Source: Planctomycetota bacterium (GTDB taxonomy: Bacteria; Planctomycetota; Phycisphaerae; Sedimentisphaerales; Anaerobacaceae). Taken from it: a stretch of DNA of 64,000 bases. Below, piece by piece: positions 9,581 to 16,928 of the stretch. Location: contig JAMCWO010000191.1 of assembly GCA_023481165.1 (NCBI GenBank), forward strand, positions 1,434 through 65,433, written 5' to 3'. The position numbers were made by a program, and so were the translations under genes. The notes under the pieces are model-generated. The model saw only the letters and a program-made list of their open reading frames with translations, was not told where the DNA came from and did not search any database. Position 1 is the first letter of the stretch, and every line of letters starts with the position of its first letter.

Positions 9581-10707
9581 TTGCCCTCCAAGTCTATCTT
9601 GAGATCCAGGAACTTGAGCAGATCCTTGAGGGTCACGATGCCTGCCAAATGGTCACCATCCACCACCAGGAGCCGGCTGTTGCCGGTGCGGTTCATGATA
9701 GACAGCGCCTGCATGGCGTCGGTATGGGAGCCAATGGCATTCTCGGCCGAGCACGGGGCGAGCACGTCTTGCACCGTGTAGCGGTCCCACTGCTCGCGCG
9801 ACAGATCCCGGACCTGCTTCGTGGTGACACAGCCTACGAGCGTGCCGTCGGACGCGACGGGAAACATCCGGTGATGATATTGATAGAAGTAGTTGTCCAC
9901 CAGCTCGTGCACGGAGATGGAAGGCGGCACGACCACGGGATTGGGCTGCATGAACCTCATGATGGGCTCACCGCCCAAAGCCTGGCGGATCAGCACCTGC
10001 CGGTAAGACATCCGGGCGGCCGACCGGACGAACAGGCCGATCAGGAAATACCAGATCCCGGTGACAAAGCCTCCCAGGAGGAAGGTCGCCAACCCCAGCA
10101 GGATCAGGAGAATGCCAAAGCCGGAGCCAAAGGCGGCCGCTATCCGCGTGGACCACCGCAAACGCCCCGTGGCCGCCCACAGGATCGACCGGAAGACCCG
10201 GCCGCCATCGAGCGGAAAGGCCGGGATCAGGTTGAAGACAGCCAACAGGAAATTCAACCAGCCCAGGTACTGCAAGACGCCCCAGACGGACATCGGCCAG
10301 TGCGCGACGATGCCGGCGTGCGCGATCCCCACCAGAATGCCGCCCAGAACGGCGCTGGACAACGGACCGGCAATCGCCATGAGGAACTCGGTCTTGGCAT
10401 TGGCCGGCTCGTCCCCCATCTCCGCCACGCCGCCGAAAATAAACAGGGTGATGCCCTGCATCGGCAATCCGAAACGCCGGGCGACCAGCGAATGACAGAA
10501 CTCGTGGAAGACAATCGAGAAGAACAGGCCGACGGCCCCCGCCACGCCCATGGCCCAATAGATCCCCGTCGCGTAGCCTTGGTAGTACACGGGGAAGAAA
10601 TAGACGGCCAGCGACCACGCTACCAGGATGGCGAGCAGAAACCATGTGAAGTCGATGCCCACACTAAAGCCAAACAGAGTGAACAGGTGTATCTTCTTCC
10701 CAAACAT
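9577..10707 (-). CDS. M50 site-2 protease family metalloprotease with a C-terminal CBS pair
   Basis: HEFCHSLVARRFG (HExxH) lies in a polytopic membrane core. NLIPAFPLDGGRV is the second metal-ligand motif. The C-terminal CBS-like repeats include LAGIVTLKDLLKF. A GGAGA SD precedes the ATG at 10707. Confidence 0.85.
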   Translation of the reverse strand: MFGKKIHLFTLFGFSVGIDFTWFLLAILVAWSLAVYFFPVYYQGYATGIYWAMGVAGAVGLFFSIVFHEFCHSLVARRFGLPMQGITLFIFGGVAEMGDEPANAKTEFLMAIAGPLSSAVLGGILVGIAHAGIVAHWPMSVWGVLQYLGWLNFLLAVFNLIPAFPLDGGRVFRSILWAATGRLRWSTRIAAAFGSGFGILLILLGLATFLLGGFVTGIWYFLIGLFVRSAARMSYRQVLIRQALGGEPIMRFMQPNPVVVPPSISVHELVDNYFYQYHHRMFPVASDGTLVGCVTTKQVRDLSREQWDRYTVQDVLAPCSAENAIGSHTDAMQALSIMNRTGNSRLLVVDGDHLAGIVTLKDLLKFLDLKIDLEGK

Positions 10708-10931
10708 CGGAGTATCTCCTATGATCCATTACTGTAGCCAAGGCGGCAGCATGGAGACATAGGGAAATCACCCGGTCTGATGAAGATATTCCCTCAAAGA
10801 GGCTGCTTCCGGCGACCGACACCGCCTGAGCCGCGCCGAGACCGGCCTCCGGCTATGCCCCCGGAAATTCGAGGGCCGGGCCGCCGAAGTCCCCCGCGAC
10901 TTTCGTCTTTCGCTTTCGCTCTCCGCGTCCC

Positions 10932-11678
10932 TCAGTGCGGATGCCGGTGGCGCAGGATGTGGGGGCGTTCGAGGCCGTGGGCCAGCATGAGCGCCTCATC
11001 GTTCAGAAGGTCGGCCGTGGGTCCGTCCGCCACGATCTGGCCGTGGTCCAGCACCAACGCGCGCGGACAGCTTTCCACGACGAATTCCAGATCGTGCGTC
11101 GCGATGATCTGCGCGATGGGCAGCCGGGCGAGCAGGGCCATCAATTCCCGTCGGCCGCGCGGGTCCAGCTCGCTGGTCGGCTCGTCCAGCGCGAGCACCC
11201 GCGCGTCACACGCCAGGAGCCCCGCCAGGCAGACGCGGCGCTTCTCGCCGCGACTGAGGTGATGAGGGAGCCGTTCTTCAAAACCGGCCAGCCCGACCTG
11301 CGCCAACGCCTCGGAGACGCGAGCGGCCAACGCGGCCCCGCGCAGGCCCCACTGCTGCGGACCGAAGGCGACATCCTCCCACACGGTGGGGCAGAACAAC
11401 TGATCGTCCGGGTCTTGAAACAGCAGGCCCACCTGGGCGCGGATCGTTTCCAGGTGCGGCGCGGCCACCGGGGTCCCGAAGACCCGCACGGCCGGCTCCG
11501 CCGCGGGGCGTTCCGGCAGCAGACCGTTGAGGTGCAGGAGCAACGTGGACTTGCCCGCGCCGTTCGGGCCGAGCAGGCCCACCCGTTCGCCTTCCGCGAG
11601 AGAAAAACTGACGTCCTGCAAGGCGGCCGTGCCATCCGCGTAGCGATAACTGAGGCCCCGGACTTCCAACGTGTTCAT
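10932..11678 (-). CDS. ECF-type nickel/cobalt transporter ATPase (NikO/CbiO)
   Basis: MNTLEVRGLSYRYADGTAALQDVSFSLAEGERVGLLGPNGAGKSTLL (Walker A), LSRGEKRRV (signature) and VLALDEPT (Walker B). The ATG at 11678 overlaps the upstream stop (ATGA). Confidence 0.9.
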   Translation of the reverse strand: MNTLEVRGLSYRYADGTAALQDVSFSLAEGERVGLLGPNGAGKSTLLLHLNGLLPERPAAEPAVRVFGTPVAAPHLETIRAQVGLLFQDPDDQLFCPTVWEDVAFGPQQWGLRGAALAARVSEALAQVGLAGFEERLPHHLSRGEKRRVCLAGLLACDARVLALDEPTSELDPRGRRELMALLARLPIAQIIATHDLEFVVESCPRALVLDHGQIVADGPTADLLNDEALMLAHGLERPHILRHRHPH

Positions 11679-12289
11679 GTCTTCCATCCTCGTGCGCACA
11701 TGGCGGCGTAGATGCGCTCGGCGTGCTCGAGACTGCGGAGAAACAAATGCGCGATGACGCCGGCGCCGGACCGCCAGACCCAGAGCCGGCCGTCGGTGAA
11801 CGTGCGGCTGCGGCGCGCCCGGCGCATGCGCCCCATCTCGTCGTGGAGCAGAAAGACGTAGCGGTGCATCAGCGCCAGCGTGGTCACCAGCAAGGACGGC
11901 ACGCGGGCCCGTCCCAGCGCCTGGAGGAGGTCGGTGAAGCGGGTCGTGCTGGACAGCAGGACCATGCACAAGAGGCAGAGCGTGCTCCGGGCCAGCATGG
12001 CGGCGAAGACGCGGATGCCGTTGTGTTGCAGGAGCGCCAGCAGCGCGATTCCCAGCGCGAACGGCTCGACCCAGAGGAGCTTGCGGGCCAGCACACGGGC
12101 CGGGAGTCGGGCGAAAGCGGCTATCAGCAACAGCGCCGCAGCTCCCAGCGCGTAGGCGCGCCATGCCGAAAGGGGCAGCAGCACGACGACAAAAACAAAC
12201 ACCAAAGCGCCGATCAATTTGACCGTCGCCGGGAGCCGGTGAATGGGGCTATCCCGATGCTGGTAGAGGCTGAGCAGTTGATGATCCAC
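11675..12289 (-). CDS. ECF transporter transmembrane (T) component (NikQ/CbiQ)
   Basis: IHRLPATVKLIGALVFVFVVVLL followed by a multi-TM region and the ARxR-rich loop typical of CbiQ. It lies between the M and O components. GTG start. Confidence 0.8.
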   Translation of the reverse strand: MDHQLLSLYQHRDSPIHRLPATVKLIGALVFVFVVVLLPLSAWRAYALGAAALLLIAAFARLPARVLARKLLWVEPFALGIALLALLQHNGIRVFAAMLARSTLCLLCMVLLSSTTRFTDLLQALGRARVPSLLVTTLALMHRYVFLLHDEMGRMRRARRSRTFTDGRLWVWRSGAGVIAHLFLRSLEHAERIYAAMCARGWKT

Positions 12290-12310
12290 GGCGGAAATCC
12301 TCTCTCGACC

Positions 12311-13270
12311 TCACGCGGACTTCGCCCGGGCGAAGCCGGTCGGCGTCAGGAAACGCGCCAGCAGATAGGCAAAGACAAACGCCGCCACCGTGCCCACACA
12401 ACCGGCGACAATCGTGGAGAGCACGGCCGACCCGATCCCCGGCACCGCATAGTCGGGAAACGGCGACGGCGCTACCGGGGTCCCGGCGGCCCGGTGGGCA
12501 AAACCCAGGACGGCCGCAACGGTTTCCAAGCCATCCGGCCAACTGCAAGCAAAGGGCGTCAAGAACACGACCAGCCCCAGGGCCAGGAGCAGGCCCTGCG
12601 CCAGCAGGCGCCGGCGGTTCGAGGGAAGGTCCGCGGCGGCGCCTTCCAGGAGCAGCTCCGGACGCACGCGAAGGATCGTCGCGATCACCAGTGTGGTAAG
12701 GAGCGCTTCGCCGAGGCCGATGAGCATGTGAAGGCCGGCCATGGCCGGAAAGCCGACGGCCCAAGCCACGGTCCCCGACCACGCCAACTCACCGGTACAG
12801 GCCAGCGCGGCGGCCACCGGCGAACACCAGGAGGCAAAGGCCACCGCCAAAAGCTGGCCGCGCGGTCCGCCCCCCGCGCTGCGCCGAACGACCGCGTAAA
12901 CCACGTACCCGACCCCGGGGGCCACCAGGGCCATATTGAGCAGGTTCGCGCCCAGGGCCGTCACACCGCCATCGGCGAACATAAAACATTGCAGAATCAC
13001 CACCGCGCTCATGACCACGACCGCCCCGCTCGGGCCGAGGAGAACCGCGGCCAGGACCCCGCCGAGCAAATGGCCGGAGGTCCCGCCGGCCACGGGGAAA
13101 TTCAACATCTGCGCCGTGAAAAGGAAGGCCGCGGTCAAGCCCAACAGGGGGACGCGCCGCGGCGGAAGACAGCGCCGGACCCGCAGCAGAGCGAGCCCCA
13201 GCCCCGCCGCCGCCAGGGCGCCGGTCGTCGTTGCCGTCTTGGCATCGATGAACCCATCGGGGATGTGCAC
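12311..13270 (-). CDS. NikM/CbiM substrate-capture component fused to a PDGLE (NikN/CbiN-like) C-terminal domain
   Basis: The (M)HIPDGF N-terminus is characteristic of CbiM/NikM. The C-terminal extension contains WPDGLE plus a final TM helix. The GTG start is preceded by GAAGGAGGAG. Confidence 0.8.
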   Translation of the reverse strand: MHIPDGFIDAKTATTTGALAAAGLGLALLRVRRCLPPRRVPLLGLTAAFLFTAQMLNFPVAGGTSGHLLGGVLAAVLLGPSGAVVVMSAVVILQCFMFADGGVTALGANLLNMALVAPGVGYVVYAVVRRSAGGGPRGQLLAVAFASWCSPVAAALACTGELAWSGTVAWAVGFPAMAGLHMLIGLGEALLTTLVIATILRVRPELLLEGAAADLPSNRRRLLAQGLLLALGLVVFLTPFACSWPDGLETVAAVLGFAHRAAGTPVAPSPFPDYAVPGIGSAVLSTIVAGCVGTVAAFVFAYLLARFLTPTGFARAKSA

Positions 13271-13346
13271 GTTACTCCTCCTTCACGCCGGCCTTGTTTC
13301 CCGAATTCCCGGCCGACGGAACCGACAGAGAAGCTTCTTTGGCATC

Positions 13347-13374
13347 GTGTTACTCTTTGACCAAAAGGTAGCAC
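13347..13374. promoter_or_regulatory. candidate NikR operator
   Basis: GTGTTAC-N14-GTAGCAC is an imperfect inverted repeat, one mismatch from GTGTTAC-N14-GTAACAC. It lies 77 nt upstream of the nikM start and overlaps the putative -10. Confidence 0.5.
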
Positions 13375-13393
13375 GCCGCCCCAGACCTGTCAA
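13365..13393 (-). promoter_or_regulatory. sigma70-like promoter for nik(MN)QO
   Basis: On the reverse strand: TTGACA (13393-13388), a 17-nt spacer, then TACCTT (13370-13365). Confidence 0.4.
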
Positions 13394-13418
13394 CAAAAAC
13401 TGCGTGGGGTGTGGACAG

Positions 13419-13447
13419 TTGACAGAAAGGCACCGTATCCGTATTAA
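13419..13447 (+). promoter_or_regulatory. sigma70-like promoter for the cupin gene
   Basis: TTGACA (13419-13424), a 17-nt spacer, then TATTAA (13442-13447). It lies 45 nt upstream of the ATG at 13492. Confidence 0.5.
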
Positions 13448-13491
13448 GACGCTGGCAAAGAATTTTGGCAAGCACTTTTTCAGGAGATCCG

Positions 13492-13872
13492 ATGGCGGCG
13501 CAAGGAGCGTTCACGGTCGATCTGAACAGTAAGCCCGAGTATCAGAGGCTCCTGGAGGGCAAGCCCCAGACGCTGGGGATGCGCTCCGGGCGGGTCCATC
13601 TGCTGCCGGGGCAGGCGTGCGGCCAGCACAGCACGAAAAATCACGAGGAGTTGTTGGTGTTTCTCGCCGGCCAGGGCGAGCTCCAGATCGGTGGCCCCGA
13701 CCCGAAAATCGGACGCACCGCGGCCCTCGGAACCGAGGGCGCGCCCGGGGCCCGCCACGCGGTCGGCGTGGGCAAGGTGGCCTATATCCCGCCCGAGACG
13801 CTCCACGATGTCAGCAACACGGGCCGGGAGCCGCTGATCTATATTTATTGCGTGGCGCCCGTCGGCTCATAG
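13492..13872 (+). CDS. cupin domain protein
   Basis: The ATG at 13492 follows AGGAG. GMRSGRVHLLPGQACGQHSTKNHEELLVFLAG ... VAYIPPETLHDVSNTG fits the two cupin motifs. Confidence 0.7.
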   Translation: MAAQGAFTVDLNSKPEYQRLLEGKPQTLGMRSGRVHLLPGQACGQHSTKNHEELLVFLAGQGELQIGGPDPKIGRTAALGTEGAPGARHAVGVGKVAYIPPETLHDVSNTGREPLIYIYCVAPVGS

Positions 13873-14136
13873 GCCCCTGCCGGCAGGCAGGCGAGGACCG
13901 GGAGACATCGGGCGCACCGCGGTTGCGCCGCCCGCTTGTAGATCGACGATCACGCACGAGACGGCCGATAAATCTCTTGCCGGGCGACAGCATCATGGTT
14001 ACAATACAGATGCTGGATATGAGGTATGACGACCATGGGCGCCGGCACCTCATCTACGTCCGCCCGGCCTTCGCCTCAACGGGAGGGAGTTCGTCGTGTA
14101 GGAGTACGCCACAGGTCTGCTTGCAGGAGACAGATC

Positions 14137-14946
14137 ATGCGGAAACACCGAGCCTTCACCCTCATCGAGCTGCTCGTCGTCATCTCCATCATCGCCCTGC
14201 TGATGGCCATTCTGATGCCGGCCCTGGCGCGGGCCCGCAACCAGGCGCGCACCGTGGCCTGCCGGGCCCTGCTCAAGCAGTGGGGCCCGATCTGGTACAT
14301 GTACTGCAACGACAACAACGGCTACTTCAGCAACGGCAACCTCACCGATATCGGCTGGACCCGCGGCGAATGGGTCATCGTTCTTCGCTCCGCCTATGAG
14401 ACGAGATCGGACATCCTCCGCTGCCCGATGGCGGTGAAGCGGCTTCCTGACGGTGCCAGTCATGGTGGACCGTTCCACACCTACGTCATGGGAGGCGGCG
14501 GCACAGGGAACCTCCGGGAGGAAGCCAGCTACGGGCAGAACAACTGGCTCTTCAATCCGCCGCCCGGCGTCGCGAAGATCCAGGGCCGTCCTTCCGAGTG
14601 GCACTGGCGGACGATGAATGTCCGGCAGGCGGCCGAGATCCCGGTGTTTGCCGACACGATGTGGCGGGGGGGCGGGCCCCTCGACAAGGGCGCCAAAGGC
14701 GAGCCGCCGCTGTTCAACGGCCAGTGGGTCGATGCCGGCGCTGAGATGCGGCACTTCTGCATCGACCGGCACAACGGCTTCATCAACCACCTGTTCCTGG
14801 ATTGGTCGGTGCGCCCCGTGGGCCTCAAGGAGCTCTGGACCCTCAAATGGCACAAAACGTTCGACGTCCGCGGCCCCTGGACCACCGGCGGCGGTGTGAC
14901 CGCGGCCGATTGGCCCGAATGGATGCGGAAATTCAAGGACTATTGA
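14137..14946 (+). CDS. prepilin-type N-terminal cleavage/methylation domain protein (DUF1559-like)
   Basis: [34 protein letters not shown]. The C-terminal [14 protein letters not shown] resembles the H-X9-DG motif of planctomycetal DUF1559 proteins. A GGAGA SD precedes the ATG at 14137. Confidence 0.75.
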   Translation: MRKHRAFTLIELLVVISIIALLMAILMPALARARNQARTVACRALLKQWGPIWYMYCNDNNGYFSNGNLTDIGWTRGEWVIVLRSAYETRSDILRCPMAVKRLPDGASHGGPFHTYVMGGGGTGNLREEASYGQNNWLFNPPPGVAKIQGRPSEWHWRTMNVRQAAEIPVFADTMWRGGGPLDKGAKGEPPLFNGQWVDAGAEMRHFCIDRHNGFINHLFLDWSVRPVGLKELWTLKWHKTFDVRGPWTTGGGVTAADWPEWMRKFKDY

Positions 14947-15016
14947 CGGACTCCGCGTACGATGGAGAGTCAGAAAGGGCCGGCGACTCCGTTCTCCGCC
15001 AGCCCTTTTCCGTGCT

Positions 15017-15093
15017 TGTAGGGGCAGGCCCCCGTGCCTGCCCTCTTGGCTTTGTGCCCGTCCCGGGAGGGCGACCACAGGGGGTCGCCCTAC
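15017..15093. repeat. double-hairpin palindromic element (TGTAGGGG...CCCTAC family), copy at the kinase ORF 3' end
   Basis: TGTAGGGGCAGGCCCCCGTGCCTGCCC ... GGGCGACCACAGGGGGTCGCCCTAC. The left arm differs by 1 nt from the copy at 19336. The kinase ORF stop codon (15090-15092) lies inside the right arm. Confidence 0.7.
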
Positions 15094-16928
15094 GGTTTGG
15101 GTACGGCAGCGCTTTGGATGCAGAAGAACCGCACCTCGCTCAGACCAGCGGACGGCGTACTGCCCCAGCCTTTGTCGATGGTCAGCTTAACGTATTTGGC
15201 CGAGACCCCCCCGAAGCTGACGATCGTGTTCGCTGTATAACCGGGCTTGCCGGTCGCTTTGGCGAATTCCGGCACGTTAGCCACGGCTGTCCACGTCGTG
15301 CCATCGGTGGAGTACTCGATCTTGACGGTCTGGGCGCCAAAGCCGATGAAGGACTCTATCGGCTGATTGGAGTTCCACACCCATAGCTCATGCAGGGTGT
15401 AGACCTTGTCGAACTGGTACTGAATCCAGTGCGGCGCGGTGGTGCTGAGCCACATGTCGGTTCCATTCGTCGAATGTCCATCGCTCTTGTCGAGCCCGGA
15501 GCCATCGATCGTCCTCTCCGGCCCCATGTTAACCTGGGACGGGGAAGCTGTGGCCGTGATGCTCTTGATCGGATACGTCAAGGCGGCAGTCGTGAACTTC
15601 AGGATCGGCCCCTTGATAGGAGTAGCGCCCGAGATCACGAAATCCACCCGCCAGTAGTAGGTCTGGCTGACTTTCAGCGGCTCTGCGGGGTCGTAGGTAC
15701 TCGCTGTCTGCCCCTGGCTCACCAACACGCCCTGTGGATTCGTTCGACTGGCCGTGCTGACCACTTCGAGAGAGGTGCCGAAGTAGAGATCGCAGGCTTG
15801 GGCGAACGAAGGTGAGATCCAACTCAGGATGACATCGCAAGGCACATCTGAGGCTTTGGGTCCGGGAGTCACCAGCGATTCCATGAGAACCCCAAGGTCT
15901 TTCTCGTCCACGATACCATCGCCCCAGGCAAAGGGACCGATGTCACACAAGGACGTGTTCTTCCCCCAATTGTCCGCCAGAAGGCTCATGTCTTTCGCAT
16001 CGACCTTGCCGTCGCCGTTGAAGTCCATGACGGGAATGATCGGTGCCTGCCAGAGGTCCCATCCGCCGACGCCGCCGGGACACGGGCCTTCGAAATCATC
16101 GAAATAGCACCACCGCCCGTCAGGCGAAATGCTCGAAATGCAATTGGAGTAGTTGGTGTTGAGAGTTGGCCCAAGGTTCCTTGGTGGACCCCAGACGCTG
16201 GTCTTAGAGGGGCGAGTCGTTATCCACGTGTCCCATGCTCCAAAGCCACCAGGGCGATTCGACGCGATAAGGAGCGTTAGGGCATCAGGCGATATCCACT
16301 GGCACATATCATGAAGGGAACTGTTGACCGTTGCGCCGAGATTCACTGGCGTTCCCCAGGCATCTGAGGTGGTTGCCCGCTTGCTCACCCAGATGTCCCA
16401 GCCACCATATCCGCCGGGACGAATCGATATGAAATAGAACTCTAAGCCGTCCGGCGAAACGATTGGCTGAGCGTCCTTCCCCTGTATGATGATGTTTGGA
16501 GCCAGACTTGCCGCCGGTCCCCAGGGAGCATCTCTGGTGGCACGTGTGGTCGAGCACAAATCGTTGCCCCTTTGGAAATACAAGGTCAGTCCATCTGCCG
16601 ATATGCTCCCGGTTGCGTCCCAACCTGGTGAATTCACCTGCGCTCCCAAATTGGCGGGTGGACCCCATGCGTCTGGTACGCTGGCTCGCTTGGTCACCCA
16701 GATATCGAACCCGCCATATCCTTCGGGGCGATTGGAAGTGAAGTACAACTCCAGACCATCAGGGGAGAGAATGGCATTATAATCACGGGACGCACTGTTA
16801 ACGGTTGGCCCCAGATTCGCAGGCGTGCCGAAGACGAAATCCGCGTGCGCGGGAGGCGCATCAAGACCCGCGAGGAAACAAAGACTCAGTAGTGATAGTC
16901 CGGCCGTGGGAATCTCGAACAGTTTCAT
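15090..16928 (-). CDS. alternative model: independent secreted PD40-repeat / dockerin-like / discoidin protein starting at an internal ATG
   Basis: The internal ATG at 16926-16928 is preceded by GGAAGGTGTGAG. It encodes MKLFEIPTAGLSLLSLCFLAGLDAPPAHA-DF, a complete signal peptide, at codon 1153 of the long ORF. Confidence 0.4.
   Translation of the reverse strand: MKLFEIPTAGLSLLSLCFLAGLDAPPAHADFVFGTPANLGPTVNSASRDYNAILSPDGLELYFTSNRPEGYGGFDIWVTKRASVPDAWGPPANLGAQVNSPGWDATGSISADGLTLYFQRGNDLCSTTRATRDAPWGPAASLAPNIIIQGKDAQPIVSPDGLEFYFISIRPGGYGGWDIWVSKRATTSDAWGTPVNLGATVNSSLHDMCQWISPDALTLLIASNRPGGFGAWDTWITTRPSKTSVWGPPRNLGPTLNTNYSNCISSISPDGRWCYFDDFEGPCPGGVGGWDLWQAPIIPVMDFNGDGKVDAKDMSLLADNWGKNTSLCDIGPFAWGDGIVDEKDLGVLMESLVTPGPKASDVPCDVILSWISPSFAQACDLYFGTSLEVVSTASRTNPQGVLVSQGQTASTYDPAEPLKVSQTYYWRVDFVISGATPIKGPILKFTTAALTYPIKSITATASPSQVNMGPERTIDGSGLDKSDGHSTNGTDMWLSTTAPHWIQYQFDKVYTLHELWVWNSNQPIESFIGFGAQTVKIEYSTDGTTWTAVANVPEFAKATGKPGYTANTIVSFGGVSAKYVKLTIDKGWGSTPSAGLSEVRFFCIQSAAVPKP

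Noticed and set aside
11723-13360. Very long plus-strand ORFs opposite real genes: 11723-13360, 42128-43558, 5620-6810, 9529-10737, 56263-57372 and 61666-62802.
   Set aside because: They are Arg/Pro/Gly/His-rich shadow ORFs, typical of the antisense strand of high-GC genes. The opposite strand carries proteins with clear family motifs.
13376-13394. GCCGCCCCAGACCTGTC resembles part of a cobalamin-riboswitch B12 box upstream of the CbiM-like gene.
   Set aside because: It lies on the wrong strand for the transporter leader. No other conserved riboswitch segments are present. The sequence is better explained as the spacer and -35 of the divergent promoters, and a NikR-type palindrome is present instead.
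14050-15078. The 342-aa minus-strand ORF opposite the prepilin-leader gene.
   Set aside because: Its N-terminus (GRHGGLPLQ) is just the translated palindromic element at 15017-15093. The remainder is an Arg/Pro-rich shadow of the plus-strand gene.
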